DNA of 64,000 nt from an uncultured Gemmatimonadaceae bacterium (GTDB taxonomy: Bacteria > Gemmatimonadota > Gemmatimonadetes > Gemmatimonadales > Gemmatimonadaceae): positions 704,001 through 768,000 of the forward strand of contig CAVVTZ010000007.1 of assembly GCA_963751275.1 (NCBI GenBank). Reading direction: 5' to 3'. The notes beneath the pieces are model-generated. The model made no database searches. It was not told the DNA's origin and saw only the letters and a program-made list of their open reading frames with translations. Numbering within the stretch: position 1 is the first letter of the stretch; the number at the start of each line of letters is the position of its first letter. Positions 41,034-52,486 of this stretch are shown one piece after another. A program made the position numbers and the translations under genes.

Positions 41034-41573
41034 TCACCCTCCCAGGATCACGCGCAGCCGCTGCCGCGCGCGGAACAGCCGCACTTCCGAATTGCCCGCC
41101 GTGATCCCCAGCATCCCCGCGATCTCGGCGTGCGCGTACCCCTCCATCTCCTTCAGCACGAACACCTCGCGCAGTTCCGTGGCAGCCGGGCGACCGCGCT
41201 CTCGAGCGACATTCGGTCCGCACTCGCTGCGCGCGGGCGCCGGCGACATGTCCGCATCAACCAACGCCGACTGCCGGCGTCGCTGTTCCGTTCTCATCCG
41301 CATCAGCGCCGTTCGCGCCGCCACTCTCCGCAGCCACGCCGGGAACGCCGACGCATCCGACAGCCCCCGCAGCGCCTCCGGCAGCCCGATGAACACATCC
41401 TGCACCACATCCTCGGCATCATCGGCACTCGCCGTGAGAAAGAACGCCACGCAATGCACCGCCGGTGCATGCTCGCGGAACAGCTGCGCGAGCGCGTCCA
41501 TCTCCCCGCGCCGCGCCCGATCGATCACGGCACCCGCACGCTGATCCGAATTCACTTGTGTGTGTTCAGGCAT
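41034..41573 (-). CDS. ECF sigma-70 factor
   Basis: DAEDVVQDVF, FPAWLRR and LREVFVLKEMEGYAHAEIAGMLGI..VRLFRAR. Confidence 0.85.
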   Translation of the reverse strand: MPEHTQVNSDQRAGAVIDRARRGEMDALAQLFREHAPAVHCVAFFLTASADDAEDVVQDVFIGLPEALRGLSDASAFPAWLRRVAARTALMRMRTEQRRRQSALVDADMSPAPARSECGPNVARERGRPAATELREVFVLKEMEGYAHAEIAGMLGITAGNSEVRLFRARQRLRVILGG

Positions 41574-41629
41574 CGGCCAGCGCGCGTCCTCTCAGCGTCG
41601 CCATCCAGATGCCGCTCGCGCCGCGAACC

Positions 41630-42286
41630 TTACAGCGCGTCGCCTGGCTCCACCGGCGCCGCCGGCGTCCCCCGCCAGCTCGGCGCGCGCACCAGCTCCA
41701 TCAACGCCTCCGCGAGATCGTCGCGCCCCGCGCCCGTCACCGCGCTGAACGGGATCACCTGCTCGTCGTCCAGCCCCAGCGCGCGCGCCAGCTCCGCCGC
41801 GCGCGGCACGACGTCGGCCTTCTTGAGCTTGTCCGTCTTCGTGAGCGCCACGATGGTCGGCACGCCGATCTCCGAGAGGAAATCGAGCATCTGCCGGTCC
41901 TCCGGCGTCGGCTCGTGCCGCGCGTCGATCAGCTGCACCACGCCGCGCAGCGGATCGCTGTGCTTCAAGTATCCCTCGATCAACGGGCGCCACGTGGACC
42001 GCGCTTCCTTCGACACGCGCGCATACCCATAACCCGGCAGGTCCACGAGCACGAACTCCCCGTTCACGCGAAAGAAATTGATCTCGCGCGTCTTCCCCGG
42101 CGTCTGGCTCACGCGCGCCAGCGCCTTCCGCTTCACGAGCTTGTTCGAGAGAGAAGACTTCCCCACGTTCGACCGCCCCGCGAACGCGACCTCCGGCAGA
42201 TCGGTGCTCGGCCGCCATCCCCCCGCCTGCGCGAGCCCGCCCAGGAACTCGATCTCCCGAATGACGAGCGGATCCTTCGCGCTCAA
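41630..42286 (-). CDS. engB: Ribosome biogenesis GTPase EngB/YsxC
   Basis: GRSNVGKSS, PGKTREIN, DLPGYGY and TKTDK. Confidence 0.95.
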   Translation of the reverse strand: MSAKDPLVIREIEFLGGLAQAGGWRPSTDLPEVAFAGRSNVGKSSLSNKLVKRKALARVSQTPGKTREINFFRVNGEFVLVDLPGYGYARVSKEARSTWRPLIEGYLKHSDPLRGVVQLIDARHEPTPEDRQMLDFLSEIGVPTIVALTKTDKLKKADVVPRAAELARALGLDDEQVIPFSAVTGAGRDDLAEALMELVRAPSWRGTPAAPVEPGDAL

Positions 42287-44709
42287 TGGGTGTGCGGCGG
42301 CGGCACCGCCGCGGCGATCGCGGCCGCGCCCGCACCCGGCGCCATCGACGCCGCCGGCCGGCCGCCGCGCAGCGCGAAATTGAGCACCTCGTCCATGTTC
42401 GTGACGGGATGGAAGATCAGCCCGCTCTTGATGTCGTCGGGGATCTCGCTCAGTTCACGCGCGTTCCCCTCGGGAATGATCACGTGCGTCACGCCGCCGC
42501 GCCGCGCCGCCACGAGCTTCTCCTTCAGCCCGCCAATGGGCAGCACCCGTCCGCGCAGCGTGATCTCGCCCGTCATCGCCGTGTCGCCGCGCACCGCCAC
42601 GCCTGTGAGCGCGCTCACCACGGCCACCGCGATCCCGATCCCCGCGCTCGGCCCGTCCTTCGGCGTCGCGCCGTCGGGGATGTGCACGTGCAGGTCGCGC
42701 GTGCGCGGGAATTCCGGATCGATTCCGAGCACCGTCGCGCGCGACCGCGCATACGTGAGCGCAGCGCCGGCACTTTCCTTGAGCACGTCGCCGAGCGTGC
42801 CGGTGAGCTGAAGACGTCCGCGCCCGCGCACCACCGCCACTTCGATCTCCAGCAGGTCGCCGCCGATCGAGGTATACGCGAGCCCCGTCGCGACGCCCAC
42901 GCGGTCCTCGCGCTTCTCGTCGGCCTCGTCGAAGGGCGGCACGCCGAGCAGCCGTTCGAGGTCCGCGGCGGCCACCGTCTGCATCGCCGGCGGATTCGCC
43001 GGATCCACCACGGCCTCGCGCGCGAGCTTGCGCGCCACGCGCGCCAGCCGCCGCTCGAGTTCGCGCACGCCGGCCTCGCGCGTGTACCCGCGCGTGATCG
43101 CCGGCACCGCGTCGGGCGCGAAGGTCACCTTCGCCGGATCGAGCCCGTGCGCCCGCAGCTGCTTCGGGATCAGGAACTGCCGCGCGATCGCGTACTTCTC
43201 GTGATCCACGTAGCCCGCCAAGCGAATTACTTCCATGCGGTCGCGCAGCGCGTCGGGGATCTGCCCGATCGTGTTCGCGGTCGTGAGGAAGAGCACCTGC
43301 GAGAGATCGTAATCGACCTCGAGATAGTGATCGTTAAAGGCTCGATTTTGCTCGGGATCGAGCACTTCCAGCAGCGCCGCCGCCGGATCGCCGCGCCAGT
43401 CCTGGCCGAGCTTGTCCACTTCGTCCAGCAGGATCACCGGGTTCACGACCTCGGCCTTCCGCATCGCCTGCACCACGCGCCCGGGCAGCGAGCCGATGTA
43501 GGTGCGGCGGTGACCGCGGATCTCGGCTTCGTCGCGCACGCCGCCCAGCGACATGCGCACGAATTTGCGGCCCAGGGCGCGCGCGATGGAGCGCCCGAGC
43601 GACGTCTTGCCCACGCCCGGCGGTCCCACCAGGCACAGGATGGGACCTTCCATCTTCCCCACGAGCGCGAGCACCGCGATGTAATCGAGGATGCGGTCCT
43701 TCACATCCTCGAGCCCATAGTGATCCTCGTCGAGCACCGCACGCGCGTGCGTGACGTCGATCACGTCGTCGCTGCGTTCGGTGAAGGGCAGCGCGATGAG
43801 CCAGTCGAGATAATTGCGCCCCACCGTCGCCTCGGGACTGAGCGGCGACGTGCGCCGCAGCTTCCGCAGCTCGCGCTCCGCGCGCTCCTTCACCGGGGCG
43901 GGGAAGTTCTTCTTCTCGATGGCGGCCTGCAGCTCGTCGAAGCCGTCGCCTTCTTCCTGGCCGAGCTCGCGGTGGATCGCCTTGAGCTGCTCCTGCAGGT
44001 AGAACTCGCGCTGGTTCTGGAAGAGCGAGCCGCGCACGTCGTTGTCGATCTTGCGTTCCAGCTTCAGGATCTCGTTCTCCGCGACGAGCGTCTCGCCCAG
44101 GAGTTCGTTGAGCGCGCGCATGTTCGCGGCCTCGAGGAGTTTCTGCCGTTGCTCGAGCTTGACCAGGAGATGCGCGGCGACCGCGAAGGCCTGCTTGTCC
44201 ACGCTCTGCGCGCCCTGCACGAGCGCCGCCACTTCGCCGGGGATCCGGCGGTGCATGCCGACGTACTCATCGAAGAGCGTGACGACGCGCCGGATCTGCG
44301 CGTGCTCGTCGGGCGTGGCCGGGTGATCGCGGAAGGGGCGCGCCTCGACGAGCGCGCTGAGGTGATGCTCGCCGGGTGTGTAGCGCGTGACGCGTCCACG
44401 GCCCACTCCCTCGACGAGGACCTTGGTGGTTCCGTTCGGATTGCGCGCGAGCTGCAGCACCCGCCCGATGACGCCCGTGCGGAAGAGATCCTTGGCGCCG
44501 GGCTCGTTCGTGTCGGCCGACTTCTGCGCGACGAGGAAGATCCACCGGTCGTGCGCCAGCGCGGTCTCGATCGCCGCGAGGGATGCGGGGCGGCCCACGA
44601 GCAGCGGGATGACCATGTACGGGAACACGACGACATCCCGGAGGGGCATGACGGGAAGCTTGTCGGGGACATCGAAGCGTTCGCTTTCACGCACTACGGT
44701 TAAGGTCAT
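42283..44709 (-). CDS. lon: ATP-dependent protease La
   Basis: [26 protein letters not shown] and IGGLKEK. Confidence 0.97.
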   Translation of the reverse strand: MTLTVVRESERFDVPDKLPVMPLRDVVVFPYMVIPLLVGRPASLAAIETALAHDRWIFLVAQKSADTNEPGAKDLFRTGVIGRVLQLARNPNGTTKVLVEGVGRGRVTRYTPGEHHLSALVEARPFRDHPATPDEHAQIRRVVTLFDEYVGMHRRIPGEVAALVQGAQSVDKQAFAVAAHLLVKLEQRQKLLEAANMRALNELLGETLVAENEILKLERKIDNDVRGSLFQNQREFYLQEQLKAIHRELGQEEGDGFDELQAAIEKKNFPAPVKERAERELRKLRRTSPLSPEATVGRNYLDWLIALPFTERSDDVIDVTHARAVLDEDHYGLEDVKDRILDYIAVLALVGKMEGPILCLVGPPGVGKTSLGRSIARALGRKFVRMSLGGVRDEAEIRGHRRTYIGSLPGRVVQAMRKAEVVNPVILLDEVDKLGQDWRGDPAAALLEVLDPEQNRAFNDHYLEVDYDLSQVLFLTTANTIGQIPDALRDRMEVIRLAGYVDHEKYAIARQFLIPKQLRAHGLDPAKVTFAPDAVPAITRGYTREAGVRELERRLARVARKLAREAVVDPANPPAMQTVAAADLERLLGVPPFDEADEKREDRVGVATGLAYTSIGGDLLEIEVAVVRGRGRLQLTGTLGDVLKESAGAALTYARSRATVLGIDPEFPRTRDLHVHIPDGATPKDGPSAGIGIAVAVVSALTGVAVRGDTAMTGEITLRGRVLPIGGLKEKLVAARRGGVTHVIIPEGNARELSEIPDDIKSGLIFHPVTNMDEVLNFALRGGRPAASMAPGAGAAAIAAAVPPPHTH

Positions 44710-44774
44710 GAGTCAATATACCCCTATCCACCACATTCGCCCCTCCTGCTCGCCGACCGCCGGCGAAGCGACGG

Positions 44775-45075
44775 GGCGTGAGGCGAAACCCGAACTCCGT
44801 TATTGGTCCCCCGAACGCCGTGAGGCGTGAGGCGTGCGCCGAACTGACTATGGGGCGGTGCTGAAAACCCGAACCCCGTGAGGCGTGAGGCGTGCGTCAA
44901 ACGGCGTACGGTCCGTCCGCCGCACGCCTCCCGCCTCACGGTCTTCGGGGTACGTCTCACGGCGTTCGGGTCGCGCCTCACGGCGTTCGGGGTACGCACG
45001 AACGCCGTACAGTCAGTTCGACGTACGCCTCACGCCTCACGGTTTTCAGGGTACGAATAACGGCGTTCGGGGTGC
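44775..45075. repeat. Composite inverted repeat between clpX and lon (CCCGAAC(G/T)CCG units and GTGAGGC 7-mers)
   Basis: Left cccgaactccg, cccgaacgccg and gtgaggcgtgaggcg; right cggcgttcggg and gcctcacgcctcac; shares units with 3318-3477. Confidence 0.8.
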
Positions 45076-45100
45076 CAGCAACGCCGTTCTTATCGCGGGA

Positions 45101-46351
<1,251 letters not shown>

Positions 46352-46449
46352 TGGGTCCGGGAAGCGGGAGGCGCGGGGTATCTAACATCCACCCTAAAGA
46401 CGGTCAAGCGGGAGCGGCGCCACAAGCCCCTCCCGCCAAGTGAATCATT

Positions 46450-47078
46450 TCACAAGGTCGCGATCTTCTCCTTGTCGTCCTTCATGATCGCCCGGTGCTG
46501 CGCGATCACGCTGTCGATGATCCCGTACTCCTTCGCCTCCTCCGCGCTCATGAACCGGTCGCGGTCGATGTCGCGCTCGATCTGCTCCACCTTCTTGCCC
46601 GTGTGCTTGCCGAACAGCTCGTTCATCTTGGCGCGCAGGTACAGGATCTCGCGCGCCTGGATCTCGATGTCGGCCGCCGTGCCCTGCGTCCCGCCGCTCG
46701 GCTGGTGGATCATGATCCGCGCGTGCGGCAGCGCGCTGCGCTTGCCCGCCGTCCCGCCGCCAGCAGGAACGCGCCCATGCACGCCGCCATCCCCATGCAG
46801 ATCGTGCGGATCGGCGCGTTCAGGAACTGCATCGTGTCGTAGATCGCCATGCCGGCGCTCACGCTGCCGCCCGGCGAGTTGATGTACAGATTGATGTCGC
46901 GCTCGGGGTTGTCCGCCTCGAGGAAGAGCAGCTGCGCGATCACGATGTTCGCCACGTCGTCGTTGATCGGCGTGCCGAGGAAGACGATGCGGTCCATCAG
47001 CAGGCGCGAGAAGATGTCGTACGTCCGCTCGCCGCGGCTCGACCGCTCGATCACATAGGGAGGATAGATCGTCGACAC
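46450..47078 (-). CDS. clpP: ATP-dependent Clp protease proteolytic subunit (frameshift near 46760)
   Basis: [35 protein letters not shown] and [15 protein letters not shown]. Confidence 0.95.
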
Positions 47079-47109
47079 GGGCAGGTTTCCGGTTGGGGTC
47101 TGGGCCACC

Positions 47110-48357
47110 TTAAGCGCTCCTCTGGATCTCATTGTGTTCGAGCAGCCACGCGAAGACCTTGTCCTCCGTGATGCTGCGCTCGATCTCCTTGATGCGCCCC
47201 GCCTTCTGCAGCGACGCATAGATCGCGCCCGGCTCGGCGCCCCGCTTGGCGGCCACGTCGGCCACGCGCGCATCAATGTCCGACTCCGACGCCGCGAGCT
47301 TCTCGCGCGCGGCGATCGTTTCGATCACCAGATCGCGCCGCACCTGCCGCTCCGCCACCGCGCGGAATTCCCCGGCGAACTTCTGCTTCTCCTCGTCGGG
47401 GATCTGGTACATCTCGGCGTACGCACGCACCAGATCGTTCACCCAGCTCACCGGCACCTCGAACGGATTCGCCGAGACCAGCTCGTCGATCAGCTTCTGG
47501 CGGACCTCGGCGTCGGCCTCGCGCGCGGTGTGCGTGACGAGGTCGGCGCGCACCGCGGTCTTGAGCGCATCCAGCGAATCGAAATCGCCTACCTCGCGCG
47601 CGAAGGCGTCGTCGAGGGCGGGGAGTTCCTTGCGCTTCACGTCCACGACCTGCACGCGCACTGTTTTCGTCTTGCCGCGCTGCGCTTCGTCGGGGAAGTC
47701 ATCCGGCCACTTCACCGGACCCTCCTGCGTGGCGCCCGCGTCGGTGCGCATGATCAATTCTTCCACGGCCGCGATCGCCTGGCCCGAGCCGACGACGATC
47801 CGGTATTCCTTGCCCTCGGGCATCGCGCCCGCATCATCGGCGGTCGCCAGCATCACCGTGACCATGTCGCCCGGCAGCGCGCGCTCCGTCACCGGCGTCC
47901 ACGTGGCGCGCTGGTCGCGCAGCGTCTCGAGCTGCTCCTTGATCATCTCGTCCGTGAGCGGCTTCTCCGCGCGCGCGATCCGGAATCCCGACGTGCGCGC
48001 GAGCGCGATCGTGGGCTTCACCTCGAGATGCAGCTCAAAGGTGAGCGGCTGGCCCTCGTGGAAATGCAGATCGTGCACGTGCGGCTGCGTCGCGAGATCG
48101 AGCTTGTCGCGTTCGAGCACCGTCTTGAACGCTTCCTGCACGAGCGACTCGATCGCTTCCTGGCGGATCGCGTCCGCGAACTTCTTGCGCACCACCGCCG
48201 CCGGCGCCTTGCCGGGCCGGAAGCCGGGCATGCGGACCTGCGTCGCGTAGCGAGTCGCGGCGCGGTCCTCCGCGCCCTTCACATCAGCGACCGGAACGGT
48301 CACCGCGAGCCGGCGTTCCAAGCCCTCGCTCTTCGTGGATTTGATCTCAATGGACAT
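47110..48357 (-). CDS. tig: Trigger factor
   Basis: PGFRPGKAP ribosome-binding motif; position upstream of clpP. Confidence 0.95.
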   Translation of the reverse strand: MSIEIKSTKSEGLERRLAVTVPVADVKGAEDRAATRYATQVRMPGFRPGKAPAAVVRKKFADAIRQEAIESLVQEAFKTVLERDKLDLATQPHVHDLHFHEGQPLTFELHLEVKPTIALARTSGFRIARAEKPLTDEMIKEQLETLRDQRATWTPVTERALPGDMVTVMLATADDAGAMPEGKEYRIVVGSGQAIAAVEELIMRTDAGATQEGPVKWPDDFPDEAQRGKTKTVRVQVVDVKRKELPALDDAFAREVGDFDSLDALKTAVRADLVTHTAREADAEVRQKLIDELVSANPFEVPVSWVNDLVRAYAEMYQIPDEEKQKFAGEFRAVAERQVRRDLVIETIAAREKLAASESDIDARVADVAAKRGAEPGAIYASLQKAGRIKEIERSITEDKVFAWLLEHNEIQRSA

Positions 48358-48403
48358 GACTACAAGATAACGGGTGGGGAAGGGCAGTGGGGCTGTTACA
48401 CGC

Positions 48404-48575
48404 CACCCCGAACGCCGTCCTTGGTCCCCCGAACTCCGCCATTGGCCAGTGAGGTGTGGTACCAGCTACAGCGTCCTTGGAATTGTATTGGAGCAACGCC
48501 AAGTACGCCTGAGCCTTGACCACACGCTAATGGCTAATGGCGGCGTTCGGGGGACCAAGTACGGAGTCCGGGGTT
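48404..48575. repeat. Family 2 inverted-repeat element
   Basis: caccccgaacgccgtccttggtcccccgaactccg ... cggcgttcgggggaccaagtacggagtccgggg; shares GTGGTACCA.CTAC and GCCAAGTACGC with 3318-3477. Confidence 0.85.
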
Positions 48576-48590
48576 CGCAGTAGTCGCCCC

Positions 48591-49595
48591 TTAGCCCCGC
48601 CTAATGAACCCCGCGTCCACGCTCGGCGGCGTCGGCCGCGCGGTGTCCGATTCCCGCACGTGCGACATCTCCCACGCCTGGTGGATCGCGTCCATCACCG
48701 CGTCGGGGCGCGTGATGTGGATCATGTGGCCGGCGTTGGGCAGCACCACGAGGCGCGAACGGTGCACCTGGTTGTGGAGACGGTAGCCCTGGCGCGCCGG
48801 CACCGCCACGCGGTCGCTGTCGCCCACCACGATCACAAGCGGCAGCCCGATCTCGCTGTAGCGCGCCGACAACTCGCCCGCGCTGTCGTAGCTCGCGGTG
48901 AAATCCTCGTCGCGCGCGTGCCGCTGCGCCGGCCGCGCGCGGCGGAACGCGAGCAGGGGATCCGTCGCCTCCGTGTCGGGCACCGGCTCCGGCGCGAAGC
49001 GCGCGCGCATCGTCGCACGGTACACGCGGTAGCCCACCAGGGGCTGCAGCACCGGCGTCAGTCGGTCGCTCGCGCGCGTCATGAGGTGCCCCTGCGGGTC
49101 GGTGTGGCGCGAATTGTCGTCGGCATAGCAGAGCGGATTCAGGAGCACCAGCCCCGCCAGTTCGTTGCCGTGTTCCAGCGCGTACGCCAGCGCCAGGAAT
49201 CCGCTCCACGAATGCGCCACCAGCAGCGGCTGCTCGATCCCCACGCGCCGCACCGCATCGCGCACCAGCTCGGCCTGCCCGCTCACGCTCAAGCCCTCAG
49301 GCGGACGCTCGCTGTGCCCGTAGCCGGGGCGGTCGATGATCACCGCCTTGAAATCGCGGCTCACGCGCTCGCGCAGGCGCCCCGAGAAATCCGTGGCGTC
49401 GCCGTAATTGCCGTGGAGCAGCACCACGGGACGTCCGCTGCCGCGCACCAGCACGTGGACGTTCACGCCGTCCACCTTCACGCGCTCGCCCTCCGCCGGA
49501 TAGCGCTGCGTCACCTCGCGGCGCTTCCACCGGTCATAGCCGAGCAGCACGCCGCCGAACGCGATCACTCCTGCCGAGATCAGCAGCCAGATCAT
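48591..49595 (-). CDS. Alpha/beta hydrolase with N-terminal membrane anchor
   Basis: VVLLHGN, DRPGYGHS, AHSWSG nucleophile elbow, GDSD and AGHM. Confidence 0.85.
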   Translation of the reverse strand: MIWLLISAGVIAFGGVLLGYDRWKRREVTQRYPAEGERVKVDGVNVHVLVRGSGRPVVLLHGNYGDATDFSGRLRERVSRDFKAVIIDRPGYGHSERPPEGLSVSGQAELVRDAVRRVGIEQPLLVAHSWSGFLALAYALEHGNELAGLVLLNPLCYADDNSRHTDPQGHLMTRASDRLTPVLQPLVGYRVYRATMRARFAPEPVPDTEATDPLLAFRRARPAQRHARDEDFTASYDSAGELSARYSEIGLPLVIVVGDSDRVAVPARQGYRLHNQVHRSRLVVLPNAGHMIHITRPDAVMDAIHQAWEMSHVRESDTARPTPPSVDAGFIRRG

Positions 49596-49726
49596 CCACT
49601 CCTCCCCGGTTCTCGCAACGCTACGACCCGCCCGCCACACCGTCAACGTCCGTTCGCTTGACAGCACGCGCTCCGAACGCAGGATACAGCACCTTCGCGC
49701 CGCCACGCCCCACGAGGATCCGCCGC

Positions 49727-51433
49727 GTGCCCACTGTCACGAAACCCTGGCTGTCCCACTACGATCCCGGCGTGCCTTCGTCCATCGCGCCGTACCCTTC
49801 GCGCACGTCGCTCGACTACTTCGACGACGCCGTCCGCGACCGCCCCGACAGCACCTTCCTGCTCTTCAAGGGCGCCTCGCTTACGTACGGCGAACTCGAC
49901 GCGCTCGCCAATGCCTGCGCCGCCGCCTTCGCGAAGCTCGGCGTGCGCCGCGGTGACCGCGTTGCGCTCATGCTGCCCAACTGCCCGCAGTTCCTCATCG
50001 CCGAGCTCGCCGCGTGGCGCCTCGGCGCGGTGGTCGTGCCGCTGAATCCCATCTACAACGAAGAGGAACTCCACGGCCCGCTCGTCACATCCGGCGCGCA
50101 AACCGTGGTGGTCCTCACCCCTTTCTACGAGCGCATCCGCCGCGCCGTCACAGGAACGGCGGTCAAGACGGTCATCGCGACCAATATCAAGGAGTACCTG
50201 CCGCCCCTGCTGCGCGTGTTGTTCACGCTGCTGAAGGAGAAGAAGGAGGGGCACCGCGTGACACTCGCCGCGGGCGATCTCCGCTTCGATGAGCTGCTCG
50301 CCGCGAACCGTGGAGTGAAGGTCGCGCGAGAGAGGATCGGCCCCGACGACCTCGCCACGTTGCTGCTCACCGGCGGCACCACCGGCGTGCCCAAGTGCGC
50401 GATGTGCACGCACCGCGCGACCATCGCCGCCGGGCTGCAGATCAAGGCATGGATGGGTCCCGTGCTGCAGGAGTGGGTGTCGCCGATCATGATCCCGCTC
50501 CCCCTCTTCCACACGTACGGCAATACCGGCGCGCAGGGTCTCGCCTTCGTCGGCCACTGCCCGATGGTGCTCGTGCCGAACCCGCGCGATCTGCCGGATG
50601 TGCTCAAGACGATCGATCGTACGAGACCGGCCTTCTTCTGCGGCGTCCCGACGCTGTACAACGCGCTGATCAACCACCCGATGGTGCAGGCCGGGAAGAT
50701 CGATTTCCGATCCATTCGCGCGTGCATGAGCGGCGCGTCGCCGCTGATGGCCGAGACCAAGCGCCGCTTCGAGGCGCTCACCGGCGGCCGGATCTTCGAG
50801 GGCTACGCGCTCACCGAATCCGGGATGGCCGCGGTGTGCAATCCCTTCGTCGGCAACGGCAAGCCCGGCTCGGTGGGCATGCCGCTGCCCGATGTCGAGG
50901 TCGCGATCGTGGATGACGAATCCGGCGACCGCGTGCTCCCTGCCGGCGAGACGGGTGAGATCATCCTGCGCGCACCGAACCTGATGGAGGGCTACTGGCA
51001 CAACGATGCCGAATCGAAAGCGATGCTCCGCCCGTTCGGCGAGGGCGGTCCGTGGCTCTACACAGGCGACCTCGGCTATCTCGACGGCGACGGATTCCTC
51101 TTCATCGTCGATCGCAAGAAGGACCTGATCAAGGCGGGCGGATTCCAGGTGTGGCCGCGCGAAGTGGAAGAAGCGATCGCGAAGCATCCGGCGGTGGCCG
51201 AGGTGGGTGTGGTGGGCGTGACCGACGCGGCGAAGGGCGAGGCGGTGTTGGCGTGCGTCGTGCTGCGGCCGGGGATGACGGCGAGCGCGGAGGACATCCG
51301 CGCGTTCTCGAAGGAACATCTCGCGCCGTACAAAGTGCCGTCGCGGGTGGAATTCCGCGCGGACCTGCCGAAGTCAATGGTGGGGAAGGTGCTGAGGCGG
51401 ATGCTGCGGGAGCCGGTCGCGGCGAAGGTCTGA
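49727..51433 (+). CDS. Long-chain fatty acid-CoA ligase (FadD-like)
   Basis: TGGTTGVPK, EGYALTE, YTGDLG, IVDRKKD and LPKSMVGK; GTG start after GAGGA. Confidence 0.9.
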   Translation: MPTVTKPWLSHYDPGVPSSIAPYPSRTSLDYFDDAVRDRPDSTFLLFKGASLTYGELDALANACAAAFAKLGVRRGDRVALMLPNCPQFLIAELAAWRLGAVVVPLNPIYNEEELHGPLVTSGAQTVVVLTPFYERIRRAVTGTAVKTVIATNIKEYLPPLLRVLFTLLKEKKEGHRVTLAAGDLRFDELLAANRGVKVARERIGPDDLATLLLTGGTTGVPKCAMCTHRATIAAGLQIKAWMGPVLQEWVSPIMIPLPLFHTYGNTGAQGLAFVGHCPMVLVPNPRDLPDVLKTIDRTRPAFFCGVPTLYNALINHPMVQAGKIDFRSIRACMSGASPLMAETKRRFEALTGGRIFEGYALTESGMAAVCNPFVGNGKPGSVGMPLPDVEVAIVDDESGDRVLPAGETGEIILRAPNLMEGYWHNDAESKAMLRPFGEGGPWLYTGDLGYLDGDGFLFIVDRKKDLIKAGGFQVWPREVEEAIAKHPAVAEVGVVGVTDAAKGEAVLACVVLRPGMTASAEDIRAFSKEHLAPYKVPSRVEFRADLPKSMVGKVLRRMLREPVAAKV

Positions 51434-51544
51434 TCGCGGGTCCCGAGTCCCGCGCAGTCAGGTCTTGCGCGAAAGCTCGCGCGATGGAACGATGATGCTC
51501 GCAGGATTTTGATTCAGCGCTCTTCCACGATCGAGGAGGCTCTC

Positions 51545-52207
51545 TTGCTGAAAAGATTGATCGGTCTCGCGGCGCTCGGCGCCGTGCTCGCGCTCCCCGC
51601 CTCGCTCCGCGCTCAGGCGCCGGCGAGCGTCTGCAAAGACGGCACCACCTCGAACGCGACCGGCTCGGGCGCGTGTTCGGGGCATGGCGGTGTCGACAAG
51701 GCCAAGACCAAGGCGGCGCACACGCCGCCCGCCCCGCCGCCGGCGCCGGCGACGATGGTCATGTGCAAGGATGGGACGCAGTCGAAGAGCGGCCAAGGCG
51801 CCTGCTCACATCACGGCGGCGTCGGCACGCCGACCCCCACCGCCGCCGCGCAGCCGCCCGCTCCCGCGCCGGCTCCGGCGAACCCTCCGAGCAACATGAC
51901 CGGCGGGCCCGTGATGTGCGCCGATGGCACGACGTCGAACACGAGCGGGCAGGGCGCCTGCTCCCACCACGGCGGCGTGAAGCACAACGGCACGGCTCCT
52001 GCCGCGCCTCCCGCGGCGCCGCCCCCGGCGCCCGCGAACACGCCGACGATGACCGGCAATGGAACCGCGCCCAGCAACAATCCACAGGGCGCGATCGCGA
52101 AGTGCAAGGACGGCACCTACTCGCACAGCAAGCAGCACAGCGGCGCCTGCTCCCAGCACGGCGGAGTCGCGCAATGGCTGGACGGAACGCCGGCCAAGCA
52201 AGACTAA
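51545..52207 (+). CDS. Secreted protein with four DUF3761-like Cys/His repeats and Pro/Ala linkers
   Basis: TTG start after GAGGAGG; signal peptide; four copies of C[KA]DGTxS-x4-6-GACSxHGGV. Confidence 0.8.
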   Translation: MLKRLIGLAALGAVLALPASLRAQAPASVCKDGTTSNATGSGACSGHGGVDKAKTKAAHTPPAPPPAPATMVMCKDGTQSKSGQGACSHHGGVGTPTPTAAAQPPAPAPAPANPPSNMTGGPVMCADGTTSNTSGQGACSHHGGVKHNGTAPAAPPAAPPPAPANTPTMTGNGTAPSNNPQGAIAKCKDGTYSHSKQHSGACSQHGGVAQWLDGTPAKQD

Positions 52208-52246
52208 CTCCGACGTTGGCCGTTAGAGCAACGGGAAGCGGATTGC

Positions 52247-52282
52247 AACGAGGGGCGCCGCGACAGCGGCGCCCCTCGTTTT
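52247..52282 (+). terminator. Rho-independent terminator-like hairpin
   Basis: aacgaggggcgccg-cgacag-cggcgcccctcgtt followed by TT, after the repeat-protein gene. Confidence 0.65.
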
Positions 52283-52307
52283 GCCGTACCTATACGCTAT
52301 CCCCTTG

Positions 52308-52344
52308 AAAAAAGACGGCGGCCGTTCCGGCCGTCGTCTTTTTT
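52308..52344. terminator. Bidirectional rho-independent terminator downstream of tRNA-Leu
   Basis: aaaaaagacggcggcc-gttcc-ggccgtcgtctttttt. Confidence 0.8.
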
Positions 52345-52349
52345 CGCAG

Positions 52350-52431
52350 TGCGAGAGGAGGGACTCGAACCCCCACGGGTCACCCCACTGGATCCTAAGT
52401 CCAGCGCGTCTACCAATTCCGCCACTCCCGC
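52350..52431 (-). tRNA. tRNA-Leu (anticodon TAG), CCA not encoded
   Basis: GCGGGAGTGGCGGAATTGGTAGACGCGCTGGACTTAGGATCCAGTGGGGTGACCCGTGGGGGTTCGAGTCCCTCCTCTCGCA: anticodon arm CTGGA-CTTAGGA-TCCAG, long variable arm, GTTCGA. Confidence 0.97.
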
Positions 52432-52486
52432 GCGCGGCTCCAACCTAAGAGACGCACGGGAACGCGGCCAGGCACCGCGCCGCCGC

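Noticed and set aside
44775..45075. Possible CRISPR array
   Set aside because: Units are short, degenerate and mirrored rather than identical direct repeats with unique spacers; no cas genes in the window.
52350..52431. tRNA-anchored genomic island or prophage
   Set aside because: No integrase, phage genes or duplicated tRNA 3' end seen in the window.
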